The notes beneath the pieces are model-generated. The model saw nothing but the letters and a program-made list of their open reading frames with translations. It ran no database searches and had not been told where the DNA came from. 64,000 nucleotides of DNA from Proteobacteria bacterium UBA2363 (GTDB lineage Bacteria; Pseudomonadota; Gammaproteobacteria; Xanthomonadales; UBA2363), in assembly GCA_002344355.1 (NCBI GenBank), contig DDTN01000045.1, positions 31,530-95,529 of the forward strand. The letters are read 5' to 3'. Both the position numbers and the translations under genes were made by a program. Shown piece after piece: positions 56,868-64,000 of the stretch (position 1 is the first letter of the stretch; the number at the start of each line of letters is the position of its first letter).

Positions 56868-57476
56868 ATGCGCGCGCGCCTGTCCGGCCTGGTCGCGGCG
56901 CTGCTCGGCACCCTGGTCGTGGTGACCCTGGTGCTGCTGATGAACGCCGCCGCCCGGCAGGGCCCCGAGGCCGGCAGCACCGGCACCGCCATCGCCATCG
57001 AGCGGCGCGAGTCGACGCCACCGCCGCCGGCGCAGCGGCGGCCGCCGCCGCGCCGGCGCGAGCAGGCGCCGCGGCCAAGCGTCGACCTGTCGGCGGCGCT
57101 GCCGGGCATGGACTTCGGCCTGGGCGGACTGTCCGACGACCTTGGCGATCTCGCCGGCAACCTGCTCGGCGGCGACCGCGAGCTGACCATGAGCGACGAC
57201 ACCGTCGACCAGCCGCCCCGGCCGATCGCGCAGTCGCCGATTCCCTATCCGGCCCGTGCCAAGGCCCAGGGCGTCACCGGCCACGTCGTGCTCTCGGTGC
57301 TGATCGGTCCCACCGGCCGGGTCGAGCAGGTGCGCGTGCTGGAGTCGCAGCCGGCCGGCGTGTTCGACGATGCCGCGGTCGCCGGCGTGCAGTCCTGGCG
57401 CTTCGAGCCGGCCAGCTATCGCGGCGAGAACGTCCGCGTCTGGGCACGCCAGCGCGTGCGCTTCGACCTCGGATGA
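56868..57476 (+). CDS. tonB: Energy transducer TonB
   Basis: TM anchor, Pro-rich spacer PPPPAQRRPPPRRRE, C-terminal YPARAKAQGVTGHVVLSVLIGPTGRV. ATG at 56868 preceded by GGAGG. The track ORF starts at a TTG at 56862. Confidence 0.85.
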   Translation: MRARLSGLVAALLGTLVVVTLVLLMNAAARQGPEAGSTGTAIAIERRESTPPPPAQRRPPPRRREQAPRPSVDLSAALPGMDFGLGGLSDDLGDLAGNLLGGDRELTMSDDTVDQPPRPIAQSPIPYPARAKAQGVTGHVVLSVLIGPTGRVEQVRVLESQPAGVFDDAAVAGVQSWRFEPASYRGENVRVWARQRVRFDLG

Positions 57477-58810
57477 GCGCCGCGATGTCCGCATTCCGCT
57501 GCCGGGCCGCGCTGCCCCTGCTGCTGGCGCTGGCCGCGGCGACTTCGGCGCGCGCGCAACCGGACGCCGCGGCGGAGCCGGCGGCGGCCGGCACCGAGGT
57601 CGCTGCGGCCGAGCCGGAAGCGTCGCGCGATGCGCAGGCGGACGCCCTGGTCCGGGACTACCCCGGCCTGGATCCGCTGCCGCTGGCCACCCTGCTGCTG
57701 TCCGACGGCCACGGCGACCGCGCGGCCGGCGTCCTCGACCGGATCGACCTGGAGCGCGCCGCGCGCGACCGCCGCTTCGACTGGGCGCGCTACCACACCC
57801 TGCGTGCCCTGATCGCGCAAGGGAACGACGACACCGACGCCGCGATCGCCGCGTTCGAGGCGGCGATCGCCGCCAGCGACGCGATCGTCGCCGCGCGCGC
57901 GGCCGGCGAGCGGCCGCGCGGCGAGGACCCTGGCTTCGGAACGGTCGACGAGCTGGTCTACCTGTACCTGGCGCAGGCCCACTTCAACCGCGACCGGCAC
58001 CGCGCCGCGATCGCCGTGCTCGAGCGGGCCGGCGATCGCCTGGACCGCCTGCCCGGCGCCTGGAACCTGCGCGCGCACGCCCACTGGCTGGTCGGCGACC
58101 AGCAGCAGGCGTTCGACCTGCTGGCGCGCGCCGGCGCCCTGTTCCCGGCCAATACCAGTTTCCTGCGGCGGACCGTGTTCTACCTGGTCGAGGCCGGCCT
58201 CTTCCAGGAGGCTGCCCGCGTCGGCGCCGCCTACCTGGCACAGGCCCAGGCGGGCGCCGCGGACTACCTGGCGATCGGTACCGCGCTGCGCCGCAGCCGG
58301 GCGCTGGACGAGGCGATCGCCCTGCTCGAGGCCGGGCGGCTGCGCCATCCGGACGACGACGGCCTGGCCAAGGCGCTGGCCCAGGCGCTGCTGGACCGCG
58401 GCCGTCCGCTGGCGGCGGCCGAGGTGCTGGCCCCGGTCGCGGAGCGCGATCCCTCCCTCACCGCCGAGGCGGCCGAGCTGTTCCGTCGCGCCGGCCACCT
58501 GCAGCGCGCGCTCAACCTCAACGCCCGGGTGCCCGAGACCGAGCGCCGGCTCAAGCAGCGGGTCGGCCTGCTCCTGCAGCAACGTCGCTACGACCTGGTC
58601 GCCGGCATGGAGGAGGCGCTGGCGCGCGCCCGGTTGCTGGCCGACGAGGACATCCGCTACGCCCTGGCCTACGCGCTGTTCCGCGGTGGCCGCCACGAGG
58701 AGGCCGAGCGCCACCTGGCGGCGCTGACCCGTGCCGACCTGTTCCGCAAGTCCACCGAGCTGCGCCGGCTGATGGCCGAATGCGCGGACCAGCGCTGGAA
58801 GTGCGCCTGA
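57473..58810 (+). CDS. TPR-repeat protein (TtpD-like, TonB2-system accessory)
   Basis: Signal peptide, all-helical TPR-like repeats. ATGA overlap with the tonB stop, and the stop overlaps the receptor start. Confidence 0.8.
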   Translation: MSAAMSAFRCRAALPLLLALAAATSARAQPDAAAEPAAAGTEVAAAEPEASRDAQADALVRDYPGLDPLPLATLLLSDGHGDRAAGVLDRIDLERAARDRRFDWARYHTLRALIAQGNDDTDAAIAAFEAAIAASDAIVAARAAGERPRGEDPGFGTVDELVYLYLAQAHFNRDRHRAAIAVLERAGDRLDRLPGAWNLRAHAHWLVGDQQQAFDLLARAGALFPANTSFLRRTVFYLVEAGLFQEAARVGAAYLAQAQAGAADYLAIGTALRRSRALDEAIALLEAGRLRHPDDDGLAKALAQALLDRGRPLAAAEVLAPVAERDPSLTAEAAELFRRAGHLQRALNLNARVPETERRLKQRVGLLLQQRRYDLVAGMEEALARARLLADEDIRYALAYALFRGGRHEEAERHLAALTRADLFRKSTELRRLMAECADQRWKCA

Positions 58811-61800
58811 TGAGAAAGTCCCTGTTCGCCGTCGCCGCGCTGGCCACCGGCATCCGCCTCGCCCTGGCCGCCGACCCGGCCGCCCTGAACATCGTGGTGT
58901 TCGATGCCGGCCAGCCGGTACCGGGCACCCAGGTGCTGGTCGACGGCCAGCCGCAGGCGGTGACCGACGACTACGGCGGCGCGCGCGTCGTGCTGTCGCC
59001 AGGCAGCCGGGAGCTGGTCCTGCGCGGCGACGGCCGCGAGCTGCTGCGCCTGGACCTGGTGCTGTCCGAGGGCGAGGTCGCCGAGCTGATCGCCAGCCTG
59101 CGCCCCGACGCCCCGGCGCTGGTGCAGTACGAAAGCTCGCAGGCCGGGCTGGTCGTGCAGGCGGTCGATCCCGCATCGCCGCAACCGGCACAGCCGCCGG
59201 GCGTGCTGACCGGCCGCGTCACCAGCAGCGAGGGCGGCACGCCGGTGGCAGGTGCGCGGGTCTTCATCGCCGGCACCCCGCTGGACGTGCGTACCGACGC
59301 CGACGGCCGCTATGAGGTCGAGCTGCCGCCCGGGGACTACACGATCTCGGTGATCGCCGCGCAGTTCGACAGCCGGACCCTGGAGGGCGTGGCGGTCGGC
59401 AGCGGCGAGTCCAGCGGCCGGGACGTCGAGCTGACGCCGGCCGGCCTCGAGCTTCCCGAATTCGTCGTCCTCGAACCCTATGTCGAAGGCTCGCTCGCCT
59501 CGCTGGTGGAGGAGCGCCGGGATTCGGCCCAGGTGCTCGACCTGCTCGGCGCCGAGCAGATCGGCCGTGCCGGCGATTCCGATGCCGCCGGCGCGCTCCG
59601 GCGCGTCACCGGCCTGACCCTGGTCGACGGCAAGTTCATCTACGTCCGTGGCCTTGGCGAGCGCTACGCAAGCACCCTGCTCAACGGCGCGCAGATCCCG
59701 TCGCCGGACCCGACCCGGCGCGTGGTGCCGCTCGACATCTTCCCCACCGAGGTGCTGGAGGGCATCGGCGTCCAGAAGACCTATTCCGCGGAGATGCCCG
59801 GCGAGTTCGGCGGCGGCGTCGTGCAGTTGCGCACCCGCTCGTTCCCGAAGTCGTTCCAGGCCAAGGTCTCGGCGTCGGTCGGCTACGACGACGGCGCCAC
59901 CGGCGAGCGCGGCCTGTCCTACCGGGGCGGCAACAAGGACTGGCTGGGCCGCGATGGCGGCGCCCGCGAGCTGCCGCGCGAACTGTTCGAGGCGCGCCTG
60001 TCGGAGTTCCCGGCGGCGGAGCAGGAACGGCTGGCGGAAGCGCTCGCAGGCAGGGGCTACCGGGTCGGCGAGCGCCGCATCGACCCCAACGCGACCTTCG
60101 CCCTTGGCATCGGCGACGCCTTCCAGGCCGGCCCGGTCGACTTCGGCTACAGCGCCTCCTTCCGGCACGCGCACCAATGGGACAACCGCGAGGAGCAGCT
60201 CAAGTCCTTCAGCATCATCGACGGCGTGGTCAACGCGACGCCGGTCGCCGAGTTCGAGCGGCGCCGCACCGAGCGCGCCATCGACAGCAGCCTGTACCTG
60301 ACCGGCGGCGCCGCGCTGGACGAGCGCCACGCGCTGGACGCCGTGCTGATGCTGCTGCGCCAGAGCAGCGACGACGTCCGCATCGATCAGGGCTACGACA
60401 CCAGCCCCAGCGACATCGAGCAGCGTTATTCGCTGGAGTGGCTGGAGAACGAGCTGCTGGTCCGGCAGTTCGCCGGCCGCCACCTGTTCCCGGACTGGGC
60501 CGGGCTGGCCCTGGACTGGCAGTACACGCGATCGACGGCCTCGCGCTTCGAGCCCAACACCCGCGAGTACCAGTACGCGATCCGGCCGGGACAGCAGACG
60601 TTCGGCCTGATCCGCGGCAGCTCCGGCAACGCGCAGCGCGCCGCCCGGCTGGAGGACGAGGCGGAGGAGGCGCGGATCGGCGTGAAGCTTCCGGTTCCGA
60701 TGCCCGGCCAGTGGACGCTGGAGCTGCACGGCGGGGCCGGCGAGCTCGACCGCGAGCGCGACTCGGTGATCCGGCGCTACCGTTTCCGCCTCGGCAACAG
60801 CCCCTTGCTGCGCAACCTGAACGATATCGAGGAGATCTTCTCCCCGATCTACATCGGCACCGACCCGACCCTGGTGACCCTGATCGACGGCTTCCAGCCG
60901 ACCGACGTTTACCGCGCCGAGCAGGACCTGGCAAGCCGGTTCCTGAGCGCCGACCTCGCCTGGTCGGACCGGTTCCGGCTCAATCTCGGGGTGCGCCGCG
61001 AGGACAACCTGCAGACCGTGACCACCTTCCAGCCGTTCAACCCGAACGCGGCGCCGGAGGTCGGACGGATCGAGGCCACCGACACCCTGCCGGCGGCGAC
61101 CGTCACCTGGTTCCTGGGCGACAGCTCGCAGCTGCGCCTCGGCTACAGCGAGACGCTGTCGCGCCCCGACTTCCGGGAACTGACCCGGGCGCCCTTCACC
61201 GATCCGCTGACCGACGTCACCACGCGCGGCAACCCGGACCTTCGCCAGAGCAGGATCAGCAACCTCGACCTGCGCTGGGAGCACTACTTCTCGGCGACCG
61301 AGCTGCTTTCCGTGGCGCTGTTCCTGAAGCGCTTCGACGACCCGATCGAGATCGTCCGGGTCCCGGGCACCGGCGAGCTGCTGGAGCCGCAGAACGCGCT
61401 GGAGGCCACCAACTACGGGGTCGAGATCGACTACAGCCGCAGCCTGGCGCCCCTGCTGCGCTGGTCCTGGCTGAGCAGCGGCTGGCTGTCGAGGCTGCCC
61501 TGGGAAGACCTGCACCTGGGTTTCAACTATGCCTGGATCGATTCCGAGATCGATCTCGGCGACGACATCATCGGCATCCAGACGACCAACAACCGGCCGC
61601 TGCAGGGCCAGTCGCCCTACGTGCTCAACCTGCAGTTCGGCTACCGCGATCCGGACGGCCGCAGGGAGGCGACCCTGCTCTACAACGTGGTCGGCGAACG
61701 CATCGTCGGCGTCGGCGTGCGCGAGCTGCCCGACATCTACGAGCAGCCGGTGCGCCAGCTCGACCTCGTCCTGAGCCAGCGCTTCGGGGACGGCTGGCGG

Positions 61801-61920
61801 GCGCGGCTGCGCCTGCGCAACCTGCTCGACGAGGACGTCGAGTTCACCCAGGGCGGCCTGCCGACACGCAGCTACCGGAAGGGTCGCGACCTCACGCTGT
61901 CGTTCGAGCGGTCCTGGTGA
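58810..61920 (+). CDS. TonB-dependent outer-membrane receptor with two N-terminal carboxypeptidase-regulatory-like domains
   Basis: MRKSLFAVAALA signal peptide. GRVTSSEGGTPVAGARVFIAG...DADGRYEV...GDYTISV. Plug YVRGLGERYASTLLNGAQIPSPDP...VQKTYSAEMPGEFGGG. A long barrel ending with an aromatic residue, ...FERSW. Confidence 0.9.
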   Translation: MRKSLFAVAALATGIRLALAADPAALNIVVFDAGQPVPGTQVLVDGQPQAVTDDYGGARVVLSPGSRELVLRGDGRELLRLDLVLSEGEVAELIASLRPDAPALVQYESSQAGLVVQAVDPASPQPAQPPGVLTGRVTSSEGGTPVAGARVFIAGTPLDVRTDADGRYEVELPPGDYTISVIAAQFDSRTLEGVAVGSGESSGRDVELTPAGLELPEFVVLEPYVEGSLASLVEERRDSAQVLDLLGAEQIGRAGDSDAAGALRRVTGLTLVDGKFIYVRGLGERYASTLLNGAQIPSPDPTRRVVPLDIFPTEVLEGIGVQKTYSAEMPGEFGGGVVQLRTRSFPKSFQAKVSASVGYDDGATGERGLSYRGGNKDWLGRDGGARELPRELFEARLSEFPAAEQERLAEALAGRGYRVGERRIDPNATFALGIGDAFQAGPVDFGYSASFRHAHQWDNREEQLKSFSIIDGVVNATPVAEFERRRTERAIDSSLYLTGGAALDERHALDAVLMLLRQSSDDVRIDQGYDTSPSDIEQRYSLEWLENELLVRQFAGRHLFPDWAGLALDWQYTRSTASRFEPNTREYQYAIRPGQQTFGLIRGSSGNAQRAARLEDEAEEARIGVKLPVPMPGQWTLELHGGAGELDRERDSVIRRYRFRLGNSPLLRNLNDIEEIFSPIYIGTDPTLVTLIDGFQPTDVYRAEQDLASRFLSADLAWSDRFRLNLGVRREDNLQTVTTFQPFNPNAAPEVGRIEATDTLPAATVTWFLGDSSQLRLGYSETLSRPDFRELTRAPFTDPLTDVTTRGNPDLRQSRISNLDLRWEHYFSATELLSVALFLKRFDDPIEIVRVPGTGELLEPQNALEATNYGVEIDYSRSLAPLLRWSWLSSGWLSRLPWEDLHLGFNYAWIDSEIDLGDDIIGIQTTNNRPLQGQSPYVLNLQFGYRDPDGRREATLLYNVVGERIVGVGVRELPDIYEQPVRQLDLVLSQRFGDGWRARLRLRNLLDEDVEFTQGGLPTRSYRKGRDLTLSFERSW

Positions 61921-62054
61921 CCGGCGTGCGACTGTCGCATTTCCGTCGCACGGGAGAAACCGGACTGTAACGCCCGGCGCCTAGGATGCCAGCACTTTCC
62001 GCGACCGGCCGGTGCCGGCGGCGCGGGACTCTCCAACCGTACGAGGTGAACGCG

Positions 62055-63734
62055 ATGCTGAACTACCTGCGCCGGCCGCTGCCGGCCGCCCTTGCCCTGG
62101 CCATGATGGCCGGCTCCGCGAACGCGGCGGTGCTGCTGTCCAACGAGCTCGACGGTCACTGGTGGAACCCGGCGGAAGGCGGCCGCGGCGTGCTGGTCGA
62201 CTGGGTTCCGACCGACGTCGGCACCGGCGTCATGTTCGCAGCGCTCTATGTCTACGATGCCGCCGGCAACCCGGAATGGCTGATCGTGCAGTCCGGACCG
62301 GTCGCCGACAACCAGTCGGTGATCCCGGCGCAGATCGGGCGCTCGGTCGGCGGCCGCACCGGCCCCGACCACAATCCCGGCTCGGTGGTAACCACCCCGA
62401 TCGGCAACGCCACCTTCACCGTCAACGGCTGCACCAGCATCACCCTGCAGCTCACGCCCAACGCCGGCAGCGGCTTCCCGGCGGCCACCTACGAGCTGTC
62501 GCCGTTCGGCGGCAACGGGGGCGAGTGCCAGACCCTCGTCAACCAGTGCCCCACCGGTACCACGGCCCAGGGCAACGACTGCGCGCTGCCGTCGTCGATC
62601 ACCGGCACCCTCAGCCTGCCGGCAGGCAAGAAGTACCTGATCAACGGTTCGGTGTTCGTCGAGGACGGCGGCGTGCTCAACATCGCGCCGGGCGTGGTTC
62701 TGCAGGGCGGCGGCACCCCCGTGCCCGACTTCCTGGCGGTCAAGGCCGGCGGCAAGATCTTCGCCAACGGCACCCGCAGCCAGCCGATCACCTTCACCGG
62801 TCCGGAGCCGGTGCCGGGCTCCTGGGCGGGTGTGGTCCTGAACGGCTTCTCCAACTGCAACGAGTCCACCCAGGTCCTCGGCTGCTCGTTCGAGGCCATC
62901 CCGGAGCTGCGCTTCGGCGGCAACGACCCGGACGACAGCAGCGGCTCGCTGCGCTACGTGCGCATCCTCTGGGCCGGCGAGGTGATCCGCGACGACGAGG
63001 AACTCAACAGCCTGACCATGAACGGCGTCGGTGCCGGGACCACCATCGAGTACGTCCAGGTGCACGGCGGCCTCGATGACGGCTTCGAGTGGTTCGGCGG
63101 CACCGTCAACGGCCGCTACCTGGTCGCCAGCCAGGTCGGCGACGACGGCTTCGATTGCGACGATGGCTTCCAGGGCAAGGTCCAGTTCGGCCTGATGTGG
63201 CAGGGTTCGGAGAACGGCGACCAGGGCAGCGACAGCAACGGCCTCGAGTGCGACAACGACCGCGACGCCCCGAACGCGCAGCCGCGCACGCGCCCGGTGT
63301 TCTCCAACATCTCCTACATCGGCTCCGCCAACGGCAACGAGGGCATGCGCATCCGTCGCGGTTCCGGCGGCATCCACCACAACATCCTGGTCACCGACTT
63401 CGCCGACCATTGCATCAACATCGACGATGCCGCGACCGCCGCGTTGTACGGCACCGATCTGGTGATCCGCAATTCCTTCATCGGGAACTGCGGCGCCGGG
63501 CGGCTCGAGGATGCCGGTGGCGTGAGCACCTCCGACCTGTGGAACCTGGCGGGCGCCAACAACCGGATCGGCGATCCGATGCTGGACGGCTTCATGCCGA
63601 TGCCGGGCTCGCCGCTGCTGACCGGGGGCCAGGTGCCCAACGACCCCTTCTTCGTGCCGGTGAGCTACGTGGGCGCCTTCGACGGCGTCACCGACTGGAC
63701 CGCGGGCTGGATCTACAACCCCGGCGCCCAGTAA
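62055..63734 (+). CDS. Secreted beta-helix-like protein of unknown function, receptor-adjacent
   Basis: Signal peptide MLNYLRRPLPAALALAMMAGSANA. Repeated rungs with DDGFEWFGG / DDGFDCDDG motifs. GAGG precedes the ATG at 62055. Confidence 0.75.
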   Translation: MLNYLRRPLPAALALAMMAGSANAAVLLSNELDGHWWNPAEGGRGVLVDWVPTDVGTGVMFAALYVYDAAGNPEWLIVQSGPVADNQSVIPAQIGRSVGGRTGPDHNPGSVVTTPIGNATFTVNGCTSITLQLTPNAGSGFPAATYELSPFGGNGGECQTLVNQCPTGTTAQGNDCALPSSITGTLSLPAGKKYLINGSVFVEDGGVLNIAPGVVLQGGGTPVPDFLAVKAGGKIFANGTRSQPITFTGPEPVPGSWAGVVLNGFSNCNESTQVLGCSFEAIPELRFGGNDPDDSSGSLRYVRILWAGEVIRDDEELNSLTMNGVGAGTTIEYVQVHGGLDDGFEWFGGTVNGRYLVASQVGDDGFDCDDGFQGKVQFGLMWQGSENGDQGSDSNGLECDNDRDAPNAQPRTRPVFSNISYIGSANGNEGMRIRRGSGGIHHNILVTDFADHCINIDDAATAALYGTDLVIRNSFIGNCGAGRLEDAGGVSTSDLWNLAGANNRIGDPMLDGFMPMPGSPLLTGGQVPNDPFFVPVSYVGAFDGVTDWTAGWIYNPGAQ

Positions 63735-63756
63735 TCCGGGACGTTCCAGGCGACAC

Positions 63757-63791
63757 GCCGAAGGCCCGGCCACGCCGGGCCTTCGGCTTTT
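63757..63791 (+). terminator. Rho-independent terminator
   Basis: gccgaaggcccgg-ccacg-ccgggccttcggc forms a 13-bp perfect stem and is followed by TTTT. Confidence 0.75.
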
Positions 63792-63843
63792 CCGGGCGGC
63801 AGGCGCCCGAGCCGGAGCCGCCCGGCCCGAACCCCAGCACCGC

Positions 63844-64000
63844 CTACAGCCAGCCGCGTGCCGCCAGCGACACCGGCTCGCCGTCGCCGATCACCAGGTG
63901 GTCGAGCACGCGCACCTCGACCAGGGCCAGGGCGTCGGCCAGGCGGCGGGTGATCAGGCGGTCGGCGTCGCTGGGTTCGGCGACTCCGGAGGGGTGGTTG
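63844..64000 (-). CDS. radC: RadC-like JAMM/MPN domain protein (N-terminus outside window)
   Basis: Hand translation of the reverse strand gives [51 protein letters not shown]. This carries the HNHPSG...S..D JAMM signature. The stop is at 63844-63846. Confidence 0.8.
   Translation of the reverse strand, partial: NHPSGVAEPSDADRLITRRLADALALVEVRVLDHLVIGDGEPVSLAARGWL

Noticed and set aside
63844-64000. RadC-like fragment as a marker of a prophage or integrative element
   Set aside because: Only 52 codons are visible, and there are no adjacent mobile-element genes in the window. radC-like genes are also common chromosomal genes.

Overview
Very GC-rich chromosomal segment. Hand counts of ordinary 60-nt lines give about 70-85% G+C. 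Gene content and synteny fit a Xanthomonadales/Lysobacterales-type gammaproteobacterium: lptM-dapF-DUF484-xerC-hslVU, wxc-like LPS genes, a TonB2-type cluster and TonB-dependent receptors. This taxonomic placement is inference only. I can support about 50 protein-coding genes. I saw no rRNA, tRNA, CRISPR array, IS element or prophage. Housekeeping blocks are: dnaG; hslVU/xerC/DUF484/dapF/lptM; cystathionine beta-synthase plus gamma-lyase; etfBA; and argS plus a SPOR protein. The accessory content is the interesting part. (1) A composite surface-glycan locus spans about 26.6-43.9 kb. It has a wxcK-O-like polyprenyl-P-Fuc3NAc side-branch module. It has a second module of FAD oxidoreductase, methyltransferase, GtrA and a low-GC polytopic membrane protein. 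It also has a four-gene operon that looks like the mycobacterial decaprenyl-phospho-arabinose route (HAD-UbiA fusion, DprE1-like FAD oxidase, DprE2-like SDR, epimerase), abutting etfBA with a 15-nt gap. (2) An 82-bp near-perfect palindromic element lies in-frame inside a CHAD-domain gene. (3) Three 6-7-bp G/C-tract microsatellite arrays share a 21-nt junction and match G-quadruplex motifs. Two of them begin 5-7 nt after a stop codon. (4) An ECF sigma factor is divergently paired with a Ser/Thr kinase-TPR protein. (5) A WYL regulator, an AEC transporter and a small membrane protein form a string next to an orphan PilU-like ATPase. (6) A Vibrio TonB2/Ttp-type energiser cluster is followed by a receptor with carboxypeptidase-regulatory-like N-domains and a secreted beta-helix partner. 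Many very long ORFs in the six-frame track are GC-driven antisense or alternate-frame artefacts and are rejected. All functional calls come from reading motifs in the translations. No database search was run.
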